In this document: piece after piece, positions 8,421-18,300 of the stretch
Layout of the letters: every line of letters starts with the position of its first letter
Position numbering within the stretch: position 1 is the stretch's first letter
IMG/VR virus record: IMGVR_UViG_3300035656_000018
Strand: one strand, 5' to 3'
DNA from: an uncultured virus (IMG/VR IMGVR_UViG_3300035656_000018)
Lineage: Duplodnaviria > Heunggongvirae > Uroviricota > Caudoviricetes
Length of the DNA: 64,000 nucleotides
Program-made: the position numbers and the translations under genes
The notes under the pieces: model-generated
Databases searched by the model: none
The model's input: only the letters and a program-made list of their open reading frames with translations
What the model was told of the DNA's origin: nothing

Positions 8421-9910
8421 AAATTCTTAAGTTTTTTGGATTCGATAGAAGGAATCGATCTCCAATACAAGAAAACAAGGCTAATCCTCCAAGTAAAAAA
8501 GAGGAGGTACCTATTTCACCCGGTAGAGTATCGGAACCGGATGATGACCCAGGTAACTTCATTCATACATTGAAAGGCTTAACTCAGATGGTTACGCCTT
8601 CTTTTCGTGTTGAAGTGATTCAGCTTTTAAGGGATTTATATAAAGTGAATCCAGATGTTAACATAGCTTTACAGGATATGTTTAAGCTTGCTAATACTGG
8701 TCACAACATAACCTTCCCTAATAATACCGATAAAGAGGCTGATAAGATGAGAGATCATCTTTCTAAGGTATCCTCTAAATGGTCTAACTATACTGCTGGT
8801 ATGGATGGTTTGGTAAACAAGATGATAGTTCAATTGATGATTAGTGGAGCTATCTCAGTAGAAGCTGTACCAAATGAAAAGTTAGAGGGTCTAGCTACTG
8901 TATTATTCCTCAAACCAGATAGGATAGTATTCAAAAGAGAGAATAATGGTGTATACAGTCCATATCAGAGGAACACTCTTTGGAATGGCTCGAATAAGCA
9001 AGATTATATCAAACTTAATACAGAGACCTACTGTTATGTTGGTATGTATAATGATACTGATGAACCTTACGGAATACCTCCTTTTATGGCATCTTTGGAT
9101 TCATTAAAGGGTCAGCATGATATGAAAACTAACTTTAAACATATCATGGAAATCTGTGGTATGGTTGGTTTTCTAGAGGCTTTGATGGAAAAACCACAAC
9201 AGAAACCTAATGAAAATGTAGAAGCTTATACTAGAAGATTAAATAGGGAGCTAATACGTTTGAAACAGAATGTAAGGGAAGGTATGAAGGATGGAGTAGT
9301 AACTGGTTACATTGATGACCACCAGTTTAAACTTAACTCTACTTCAAAAGAGATGAGCAATATTGATAAACCCTGGAATATGAACCAGCAATCAGTTGCT
9401 AATGGTTTGGGAGTAAATGGCAACCTAATTGGAGTACAAGCTTCCATTGGAGAAGGAGCAACTGGTATTATGCTTTCTAAGCTTATAAGTCAGCTAAAGA
9501 ATATCCAAATGATAGTTTCTTATGTTCTTAAGTTTATTTATGAACTAGAACTACGTCTGGCTGGCTTTGATTGCAAGGGAATATCCATTACTTGGGGATC
9601 ATCCACTATCTCTGATGAGGTTAAAATCCAACAGGGTAGACAGTATAAGATTCAGAACCTTGACTTACTTTACAAGGCAGGTATCATTTCTCAATATCAA
9701 TATGCTTGGGAAATGGGTTATGATTCTCCTTCAGAAGAAGAACCAAGAGTTTCATTGGAAGACCAATTTGCTAAGGGAGGTAATTCAGACCCACAAGAGG
9801 GTACTAAGAAGAAACAGAGACAGGACGATAAGAATCAATCCGCTCGTAGATCAAGAGATAAAAATAACCCGGCTCCTTCACGAGGAGATCAAAATACTAA
9901 ATCAAGATGA
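8417..9910 (+). CDS. Portal protein
   Basis: 497 aa directly after TerL; YGIPP motif; acidic/basic C-terminal tail. Confidence 0.8.
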   Translation: MKILKFFGFDRRNRSPIQENKANPPSKKEEVPISPGRVSEPDDDPGNFIHTLKGLTQMVTPSFRVEVIQLLRDLYKVNPDVNIALQDMFKLANTGHNITFPNNTDKEADKMRDHLSKVSSKWSNYTAGMDGLVNKMIVQLMISGAISVEAVPNEKLEGLATVLFLKPDRIVFKRENNGVYSPYQRNTLWNGSNKQDYIKLNTETYCYVGMYNDTDEPYGIPPFMASLDSLKGQHDMKTNFKHIMEICGMVGFLEALMEKPQQKPNENVEAYTRRLNRELIRLKQNVREGMKDGVVTGYIDDHQFKLNSTSKEMSNIDKPWNMNQQSVANGLGVNGNLIGVQASIGEGATGIMLSKLISQLKNIQMIVSYVLKFIYELELRLAGFDCKGISITWGSSTISDEVKIQQGRQYKIQNLDLLYKAGIISQYQYAWEMGYDSPSEEEPRVSLEDQFAKGGNSDPQEGTKKKQRQDDKNQSARRSRDKNNPAPSRGDQNTKSR

Positions 9911-11406
9911 GTAAACCGATTACTAAAAAGAACAGAGAACATTTGGATTCTTTAGTGATAGGTAGTGGTCATACTATAATGGCTGGGTATATCCCAACAT
10001 CCATAGAACCACAAACCTTCTCGGAGAATTTTTATAAATGGGCTCAAACTTCTAAGGAGTCAGTCAGTCAATTTGGTTTTTGGGGAGGAGAAATAGATTA
10101 TAATACCTATTATCCTGACTTGAAGCCAGAAGAACTTACTCCTAAAGATGAGGAGTTTATTGAACCAATGTTCAGATTATTATCTGCAACTATTGTGTCT
10201 AAGAACTGGAATCCTACCGATTTTAGTCAAAATGGAGTATTAAAAGCTTCTATGAGAATGCTCTTAGGACAAACAGTAAACTGTGACCATGAGACTAATA
10301 TTGGTAATGCTATTGGAGCTGTATCACAAGTTATCTGGCAAGATGAATACAAGGATGGTTCTTTTGTTATTCCTGCAGGTATTAATGGTATATTAAAGAT
10401 TGATGGTAAAGCAAATCCGAGAATTGCTAGAGGCATTCTTATGGATCCTCCATCTATCCATTCTAACTCAGTAACAGTACAGTTTAAGTGGGATAAGTCT
10501 CACCCAAATATGGAAGATAACGAATTCTACCAGAAACTGGGTACCTATGATTCTAAGGGAGTTATGGTACGAAGAATCGTTACTGAAGTAGTAAGATACT
10601 TAGAAACTTCTTTGGTATCTCATGGAGCTGATGCTTTTGCTCAGAAGATTGGGGATGATGGTAAAATCATTAATCCCAATTTTGCCAAGAGAACTTGGGC
10701 TTCATACGAAGAATATAGAGATGATAAGTCTAAACAGTATTTCTTCTATGATACGAAAACTGATCTAGCTTTGTTCAGTGAAAATAACGATACTTCCCAA
10801 TCTTATGATGATAACCAAGGAAATCAAAATCCTAATAATAAAGATATGAATGAACTACAAAAATTTTTAGAAAGAATCTTTGGTAAAGATTGCCTTACTC
10901 TTGCCGAAGGTACAGAGATGAATGAGGAAACTGCATTTGCAGCCATTCAGGAATTGGTTAATTCTCGTAACACTCTTCAGACTACTGTGGATAACTTAAC
11001 TACAGAAAAAACTTCTCTTACAGAACAGGTTACTAATCTGAATGCAGAAGTTGCAAATCTGAAAGAAATGGCTCAGGTAGGTAAAAACCACATTGCATCT
11101 CTCCGTGGAAATGCTGTTGCAACCTATAAAAAACTTATGGGTGACAAAGCTGATGAAACTATCGTTACAATGTTGAATGCCGAAACTACCGGCATGGTAA
11201 CTTTGATCTCTCTTACTAAAGATTACCAAGCTCGATTGGAAGAAAAATTCCCAATGACCTGTGCTAAATGCGGTTCTCATGATGTAAGCCGTGCTTCTTC
11301 TGCAACTGAGGCAGAGGATAAATCCGATAACAAAGCTACTGCTCAGAATTCCGAAAAGAGTACTGAAGAGATTCTGAAAGGTATCTATTCAAACAAATTA
11401 AAATAA
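9907..11406 (+). CDS. Prohead protease / scaffold fusion
   Basis: Between portal and capsid; DH..., ETSLV..GAD motifs; C-terminal coiled coil and CxxC. Confidence 0.7.
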   Translation: MSKPITKKNREHLDSLVIGSGHTIMAGYIPTSIEPQTFSENFYKWAQTSKESVSQFGFWGGEIDYNTYYPDLKPEELTPKDEEFIEPMFRLLSATIVSKNWNPTDFSQNGVLKASMRMLLGQTVNCDHETNIGNAIGAVSQVIWQDEYKDGSFVIPAGINGILKIDGKANPRIARGILMDPPSIHSNSVTVQFKWDKSHPNMEDNEFYQKLGTYDSKGVMVRRIVTEVVRYLETSLVSHGADAFAQKIGDDGKIINPNFAKRTWASYEEYRDDKSKQYFFYDTKTDLALFSENNDTSQSYDDNQGNQNPNNKDMNELQKFLERIFGKDCLTLAEGTEMNEETAFAAIQELVNSRNTLQTTVDNLTTEKTSLTEQVTNLNAEVANLKEMAQVGKNHIASLRGNAVATYKKLMGDKADETIVTMLNAETTGMVTLISLTKDYQARLEEKFPMTCAKCGSHDVSRASSATEAEDKSDNKATAQNSEKSTEEILKGIYSNKLK

Positions 11407-11425
11407 TCTCTAAAATAAGAAGAAT

Positions 11426-11914
11426 ATGAATACACATCCTACTACTAAGCTGGTAAATCAGGATCAACCGATGACTCTGTTTGGTGAAAAAACTCCCAGA
11501 GCGGTGATCTATAAGAGCGAATCTCACAAGTTGCATCAGGCTTTCTGTGTAAAAGAAAACAAAGTTATTCATCAGGGTATGCCGGTAGCTTTGGATACCG
11601 ATGGTAATATCGAACCTTATATCCCGGGTGGAGATGGCAGCCAGGTTTATCTGGGTATAGCTGTAACTGACAACATTAACCCAGCTTATCAGGCTCAAAG
11701 AAATTTCCCCGTAGAAGTAACTGTAGCTGTAGAAGCTTTCATGGTTGTAAACTGGGTAGCTAAAGAGGCTATGGAATGTGGTTATGTAAAACCCACAGAT
11801 ACCCTGTTGATTGACCGTTTCATCACTGCTGAAACTTCAGCCGATGAAACAAAATTCATTAGCATCGTACCGGCTGATGAAGCTAATGATATTATTCAAG
11901 TATTGGTACGCTAA
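11426..11914 (+). CDS. Capsid decoration/cement protein
   Basis: 162-aa beta-rich ORF immediately upstream of the MCP. Confidence 0.6.
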   Translation: MNTHPTTKLVNQDQPMTLFGEKTPRAVIYKSESHKLHQAFCVKENKVIHQGMPVALDTDGNIEPYIPGGDGSQVYLGIAVTDNINPAYQAQRNFPVEVTVAVEAFMVVNWVAKEAMECGYVKPTDTLLIDRFITAETSADETKFISIVPADEANDIIQVLVR

Positions 11915-11939
11915 TCATTAACTGAACATTAAAAGAACA

Positions 11940-13055
11940 ATGAATACAGAATTTGCACAATTGAAAATGGAAGACCTTAGAAAGGAACTTCCAGAAATGG
12001 TAAGAAGTTTGGAAGCATACCGTCAGGGTTCCAACAATACATTGCCTATTGAAGTTACTCTGGAAGAACTGGTACAGGGTAAATATGGTGTATCACAGGA
12101 TGCCTTCTTTGAAAAGTTGGGCATTAATCCGAAGATTGATACAATGCAGAACATCTTCACTATGCCGCAACAGAATATCCGTTGGATTGTACCGGAAATC
12201 ATCCGTGCTGCTATTACAACTGGTATGCGTCAGGCACCTTTCTACCCGAACATCATTGCTTCAGACCAATCAATTAATGGTTTGCAGGTAACTATGCCGA
12301 TGGTAAATATGTCGGATGCTGCTCCCGCTAAGGTAAATGAAGCAGAAACAATTCCTTTGGGAGATGTAAGCTTCGGACAGAAATCAGTTTCTCTGTTCAA
12401 AATCGGTAAAGGATTTAAACTTACTGACGAAGTTAAAAACTACGTTTCAATCGATGTATTGGGAATCTATCTCCGTGACTTTGGTATTCAGTTGGGTTAT
12501 GCTATGGATACTTTGGCAATGGATGTTTTGATGAACGGTAACAAAGCTGATGGTTCTGAATCTGCTCCGGTTATTGGCGTATATGAAACAACCAACGGTA
12601 TTACTTATAAAGACTTGTTGCATATCTGGGTTCGTGCTGCTCGTATGGGCCGTAACTTTACTACTATGATTGGTGGTGAAGACCAGGCTATCGAGATGTT
12701 GAACTTGCCTGAATTTAAAGAACGTCACTCAGGAACTACAGAAGCTACACTGAATATCAAGTCTCCGGTTCCCAACAAGGCTGACTTCTATATTCACCCG
12801 GGAACTCCCGATCAGCAGTTGTTGATGGTAGATACCAGTGCTGCCTTGATTAAGCTTACTGCTAAACAGTTGATGCTTGAATCAGAAAGAATCGTATCCA
12901 ATCAGACTGAAGCTGTATATGCTTCTCTGACTACAGGTTTCTCTAAGATGTACCAGGATGCTGTTCTTCTGTTGGCAGCTAACAAGAAATTCTCTGAAGC
13001 TGGATTCCCGAGCTTCATGAACATTGACCCATACCTATTGGTTAACTTAGAATAA
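11940..13055 (+). CDS. Major capsid protein (HK97 fold)
   Basis: 371 aa; position; KVNEAETIP and K.GKGFKLTDE patterns; high-expression codon usage; followed by a terminator. Confidence 0.85.
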   Translation: MNTEFAQLKMEDLRKELPEMVRSLEAYRQGSNNTLPIEVTLEELVQGKYGVSQDAFFEKLGINPKIDTMQNIFTMPQQNIRWIVPEIIRAAITTGMRQAPFYPNIIASDQSINGLQVTMPMVNMSDAAPAKVNEAETIPLGDVSFGQKSVSLFKIGKGFKLTDEVKNYVSIDVLGIYLRDFGIQLGYAMDTLAMDVLMNGNKADGSESAPVIGVYETTNGITYKDLLHIWVRAARMGRNFTTMIGGEDQAIEMLNLPEFKERHSGTTEATLNIKSPVPNKADFYIHPGTPDQQLLMVDTSAALIKLTAKQLMLESERIVSNQTEAVYASLTTGFSKMYQDAVLLLAANKKFSEAGFPSFMNIDPYLLVNLE

Positions 13056-13094
13056 TATCCGGGATTTCTTCATTGTATTTTTGTCTAATTTCTC

Positions 13095-13130
13095 CCCCGA
13101 ACAGTTTCAATCCATTCTGTTCGGGGTTTT
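13095..13130 (+). terminator. Rho-independent terminator after the MCP
   Basis: CCCCGAACAG/CTGTTCGGGG stem plus TTTT. Confidence 0.85.
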
Positions 13131-13155
13131 ATATTATAACCTAAAATAAAAGATT

Positions 13156-13551
13156 ATGGCTACTACTTATATTGTAACAGTTGGAACTAATGCCTATAGT
13201 TTTAACGACCAGGTAACAGGTATTTCAATTGCAAAAGGCGAAGAGAGAGAACTTACTGCCCGTCAGTACAGAACAAAACGTATTCAGAAAGCTTTAGTTT
13301 CTGGCCACTTGGTTTTAGTTCCGGATAAGAACAAAACTGCCAAGTATACTGCTGAGGATATCGAAAAGCTTGACAAGAAGCTAGCTGCTCAGTTTGCAAA
13401 GGGTATGGAAATCAGTAAGATTGCCAAAGCTTATTCACTTGAAGAAGCTAAGCTGATTGCTAAGAAACATGAAATCGAAGCTGATCCGAAAGATACCGTA
13501 AAAGATATCCTTGAAGTTTTACTTGAAGATTTCGAAGAAAACAAAGAATAA
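13156..13551 (+). CDS. Hypothetical virion-associated protein
   Basis: 131 aa in the head module; helical C-terminus. Confidence 0.7.
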   Translation: MATTYIVTVGTNAYSFNDQVTGISIAKGEERELTARQYRTKRIQKALVSGHLVLVPDKNKTAKYTAEDIEKLDKKLAAQFAKGMEISKIAKAYSLEEAKLIAKKHEIEADPKDTVKDILEVLLEDFEENKE

Positions 13552-13567
13552 ACAAATCCGAATATAA

Positions 13568-14482
13568 ATGAAAAAGAATCTAGACTTCACATATGTAACA
13601 TCAGGTCTGGAAGTTTCATTTAGAGTATTAACCAAAGTCCCGGCCAAATCCATTTTTGACTGGGACTTTGGCGATGATAAGGGAGAGGTTTTCAATGGTG
13701 GAAGACATCAATCTTACTCTTATGAGAAGTCTGGATTTTATGATGTAACCTTACATGTCACTAATTCTGATGGATTAGATTTGACTTGTACTCGAACCGT
13801 AGTTGTATGTAATTATGGGCATACTACTCTTCAGGATACCATCTACAATTTAATAGATAGGTATATTCCCAAAGAATTGCATGAGAGTATGACCATAGAA
13901 GATAAAACTGCATACATAACTAAATGGCAATTATATATCTTCCCACTAGTAAATCATACTATACCACCAGATAAATATAATGATGAATTATGGTATGAGG
14001 GACTAGAAAACCAATTAATTATGGAATTGGCAGTATGGGATTATCTCAATATACAAATACAAAATATACTGTTGGTTGCAGGAAATAGTTTTAGAGAAAT
14101 TATCTCCACTGAATCTCATGGACCAGACCAAGATGGTGATTCACCTGGAGAACATGCTAGAGGAGATAGGATAAAACAAATTACTACAGGTCCTACCGAG
14201 GTACAGTATTATGATAAGATATCCGAAAGTATATCTAGCTTATGGAGTACTTATTCAAAGATGATTCAACCTGGAGGATATATGGATGAACTAAGAAAGA
14301 ACTTATGTATGCTGGCATCTAGGTTGGAGATATACTTACCATTCTGTGATCAAATCGAACGGTTAGTAGTACCAAAAGTAGTAAATCATCGAAAACCAAC
14401 TCCTTTGGGAGGACCTAATCCAACAGCCCCTCTCAATAAAGCAAGTAAACCTTCGTTAACCGTAATAGATAAGAAATCATGA
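13568..14482 (+). CDS. PKD-domain head-tail adaptor
   Basis: WDFGD...SYEKSGFYDVTLHVTN PKD signature; IKQITTGPTEVQY adaptor-like strand. Confidence 0.65.
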   Translation: MKKNLDFTYVTSGLEVSFRVLTKVPAKSIFDWDFGDDKGEVFNGGRHQSYSYEKSGFYDVTLHVTNSDGLDLTCTRTVVVCNYGHTTLQDTIYNLIDRYIPKELHESMTIEDKTAYITKWQLYIFPLVNHTIPPDKYNDELWYEGLENQLIMELAVWDYLNIQIQNILLVAGNSFREIISTESHGPDQDGDSPGEHARGDRIKQITTGPTEVQYYDKISESISSLWSTYSKMIQPGGYMDELRKNLCMLASRLEIYLPFCDQIERLVVPKVVNHRKPTPLGGPNPTAPLNKASKPSLTVIDKKS

Positions 14483-14964
14483 CAAAAGAACCTTGGAGAA
14501 TGGTTAAGAACCATTCTTGGAATAGGTATAAAAAGATTATCACTGATTTCTTAGATTGGGATGCTGGAAGACAAACAATTACTTGGGCTAAACATGTTAA
14601 TCAATATCTAAATCATGCTGAGGATGATAGCCCAAGATATTATAATATTCCCATAGAAGCTTTATGCTATTACAATGCTTTTAGGAACTGGCCAATAAAT
14701 AAAGCCACAGTTTCTGGAGAATTAGATGATGAGAACCTTTCTATACTTATTTCAAAGAATTACATAGAACAAATCGGATATCTCAATCAGGAAGGTTATT
14801 GGAACTTTAACTGGTCTGAGGATAGATTTGTTATCAATGGGATAGTATATAAACCTTCTGGAGATACTCAAGTATCTCAGGCTAAAGATGAAGCTTTGGT
14901 ATTCTTGGTAATCCTCAAAAGGGATAGAGATACTAAAATCAAATTCGTAGAACAAAATCCATAA
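14479..14964 (+). CDS. Head closure / neck protein
   Basis: Position; DRFVINGIVY beta-barrel pattern. Confidence 0.55.
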   Translation: MTKEPWRMVKNHSWNRYKKIITDFLDWDAGRQTITWAKHVNQYLNHAEDDSPRYYNIPIEALCYYNAFRNWPINKATVSGELDDENLSILISKNYIEQIGYLNQEGYWNFNWSEDRFVINGIVYKPSGDTQVSQAKDEALVFLVILKRDRDTKIKFVEQNP

Positions 14965-14968
14965 AGAT

Positions 14969-15385
14969 ATGAAAATGTTAATGTTACGTTTCACCAAGCT
15001 TAACAATGTAGAAGGCGATTGGTGGGACAGTAATCTTATAATCTTGAATGGACCTTCTGGAGTTCACATAGAAATGCCTGGTACTGGTAATTCGGCTACT
15101 ACCATGCAATCTATGACTGGTATGAAGTTCGTATCAAATTACCAAGATTACTTTGGAGAGGTATGGGATAAAGATATACCTCATATAGGCTTTGGCCAAG
15201 TTATTAAGTTCAGAGTTAGGAAATTACCTGATTATGCCGTAGTAGTTGGGGATATAGAGGATGGAGGAGATGTTGAACCAGATAATCCAGATGATATCCC
15301 AAATGCTTTTGCTGGTAAAGAAAAAGAATACTTCCGTGGTAATAACTCAGAACTGTTATTGGGAAAGAATAAAGTAACACCTTAA
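14969..15385 (+). CDS. Hypothetical virion protein
   Basis: 138-aa ORF in the structural operon. Confidence 0.65.
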   Translation: MKMLMLRFTKLNNVEGDWWDSNLIILNGPSGVHIEMPGTGNSATTMQSMTGMKFVSNYQDYFGEVWDKDIPHIGFGQVIKFRVRKLPDYAVVVGDIEDGGDVEPDNPDDIPNAFAGKEKEYFRGNNSELLLGKNKVTP

Positions 15386-15396
15386 AATATATACAT

Positions 15397-18300
15397 ATGT
15401 ACGTTAGTAAATACTACACTTGCGAAGAGATTGACCAACGGCTATTACAGGGTTATTATGATGACTCTTTGGCTCATGGTTTTGTTGGAACTCTTAAAGA
15501 GTTCTGGGCATTCTTCTTATCAATTGCAAACAAGGTAGATAAGAAAGAAGGTTGGGATTTGTCAGAAAATAACTTCTCTGATGAATTGCTAGAAAAACTG
15601 AATGGAATTGAGGAACATGCTAACTACGTTACTAAAGTTTCTCAACTAGAAAACGATTTGAAATATCAGACTCAAGAACAAGTTGAGAAATATATACATG
15701 ACTTAGTAGATGGTGCTGATGATGCTTTGGATACATTAAAGGAATTAGCTGAAGCATTAAACAATGACCCGAACTTTGCTACCAATATCACTAACCGATT
15801 AACTGAATTACGTACTCAATTAGAAGCTGAGGTAACTAGAGCTAAGAACCGTGAAAACGAATTAGCTTCTCAGATTAAGATTGTGAACGATAACTTGGTT
15901 AACTCGGTTAATACGTTGAATGCAACTATCATTAAAGTAGTACAAGATATTACTAGGATGATAGAAGCAATCAATGCTCGTATTCAAAAGGTAGAAGACC
16001 GGGTTGGTGATTTGGAAGTAGAAACTGACAATAACTTAACTGAAGCTAAAGAATATGCTAAGGAATTGGTAGATAAGGAAGCTGCTGAACGTAGAGCTGC
16101 TGATGAGAAACTGACCGAGGCTGTTCATCAAGTACAGTTAGACCATACTAGGGATATTGCCGACTTAAATAATAAGATTCTAACCGAGGCTTCAGAAAGA
16201 GCAAATGCAGATGTAGCATTAGAATCTAAACTGAACACCGAAATCAGTGATCGTAAAACTGCAGACCAAGAACTTGAATCCAAGATTAATGCTGAAGCTG
16301 CAGCTCGTACTGCTCAGGATGAAGTATTACACCAACAGATTGTAAAGGAAACTTCTGACCGTCAGAATGCAGATAATGGTTTACAGCAGAACATTACTCA
16401 AGAAGCTCAGAACCGTCAGAATGCAGATACTGTACTTCAGAACAATATTGATAACGAGAAAGAAACTCGAATTGCTCAAGATGAAATCCTTGACCATAAG
16501 ATTGAGGATTTGAAAACTCAGGCCGGTACAGATAAAACCGAATTGCTTGAAAAACTAGAGCAAGAAAAACAAGAACGTATTGCTGCCGATAAAGACTTAG
16601 ATAATCGTAAGGTAGATAAAAGAGAAGGCTATTCTCTTACTAAAAACGACTTTACCGATATTCTCAAGGCTAAATTGGATGGCATTGAAGAACATGCTAA
16701 TTATATCACAAAAGTATCTCAGCTTATCAATGATGCTGGTTATCAAACTGAAGCAGATCTTCAGGCAGCTATTGAAAAGATTATTGGGGAAGCTCCTGGA
16801 GTATTAGATACACTAGAAGAGATTGCAAAAGCATTGGGAGATGATCCTAACTTTGCAACTACAATTACCAAGAAATTGGCTGCTATTACCGAACAGTTGA
16901 ATCAAGAAATTACTAATCGTACAGAAGCTGATGCCCAGGTACAGGCTAATGTAGATAAGGAAGTTTCTGACCGTAAGGAAGCTGATACTGCTCTTGAGGC
17001 TAAGTTGAAAGAATACGTTGATAACGAAGTAGATAAAATTACTGGTAACACTGACGGTATTCAAGCTAGTCTGAATAAGGAAATCCAAGATAGAAAAGAT
17101 GCCGATGCTGCATTACAAGCTGCTATCACTAAGGAAGAAACGGATCGTAAGGCTGCTGATGCTGCATTAGATACTCGAGTAACTGCTAATGCTACCAAGA
17201 TACAAGAATTGGCTTTATCTATTCAGGATGCGGTAAATACCGTTAAAAATGAACTTCAGGCTAAGATAGATGCTTTGCAAACAGAAGTAAATGCTAACAA
17301 GGCAAATATCCAACGTAATACTGACAGATTAAATGACCAGATTACTAAGGAAGCTGAAGATTATGCTGAATTAAAAGGCATGGTTAATGCAGAAGCTGAA
17401 GCAAGAGCCAATGCTGATACTAATCTTAAGTCTCAGGTAGATAAGGTAAATATCGACTTGAACACTGAGGTTTCAAAGAGAGAAGCTGGTGATACTGTTT
17501 TACAGCAGAATATCGATAAGGAGATCTCTGATAGAACTTTAGCAGATACTTTATTAGATAATAAGTTCACTGGCTTAATGAATACTGAATCTGCTGCCCG
17601 GGCAAATGAAGATGAGAAAATCAATGCTCGAATTGACCAGGAGATTAAAGATCGTAAGGCAGGAGATGATGCTTTAAGCACCAGAATAGATAGCCTCAAT
17701 AGTGGAGTAACCGGTTCTTTAGATGAGCTCAGGGAGAAAGTAACTAATAACACTACTGCTATTCAAACCGAAGTAGAAAGAGCTAAGGCTGCTGAACAAG
17801 CTCTTAAGGATTCTCTGACTACAGCTATGGAAAATCACAAAGATGATTTGGTAGCTATATCTAAAGATATCAATGATGAGGCTCAAAGTAGACTACAAGA
17901 AGATACCAAGCTTCAGAATAATATTGATACTGAAACCCTTAATCGTACTCAGGCAGACACTCTGTTAGAGAATAAGATTACTCAGGAAGTATCAGATAGA
18001 GTTCAGGCTGTTGAAAACTTGAATGACCGAAAGGTTGATAAAGTAGATGGCAAAGAGCTTTCTTCAAATGACTTTACCGACTTATTAAAAGCTAAGTTAG
18101 ATAATATCCAGGAATTTGCTAACTACATTACTAAGGTATCTCAGTTGGAAAACGATTCTAACTATCAGAATGCCGAACAAGTAGAAGCTGCAATCCAAAA
18201 GGTTATTGGTTCTGCTCCTGGAGTATTAGATACACTAGAAGAGATTGCAAAAGCATTGGGAGATGATCCTAACTTTGCAACTACAATTACTAATAAGCTG

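Noticed and set aside
9567..9914. +1-frame ORFs in portal, MCP (12049), sheath (28592) and RecA (61283)
   Set aside because: Lengths of 80-115 codons are plausible by chance or from codon bias; weak starts or no other support
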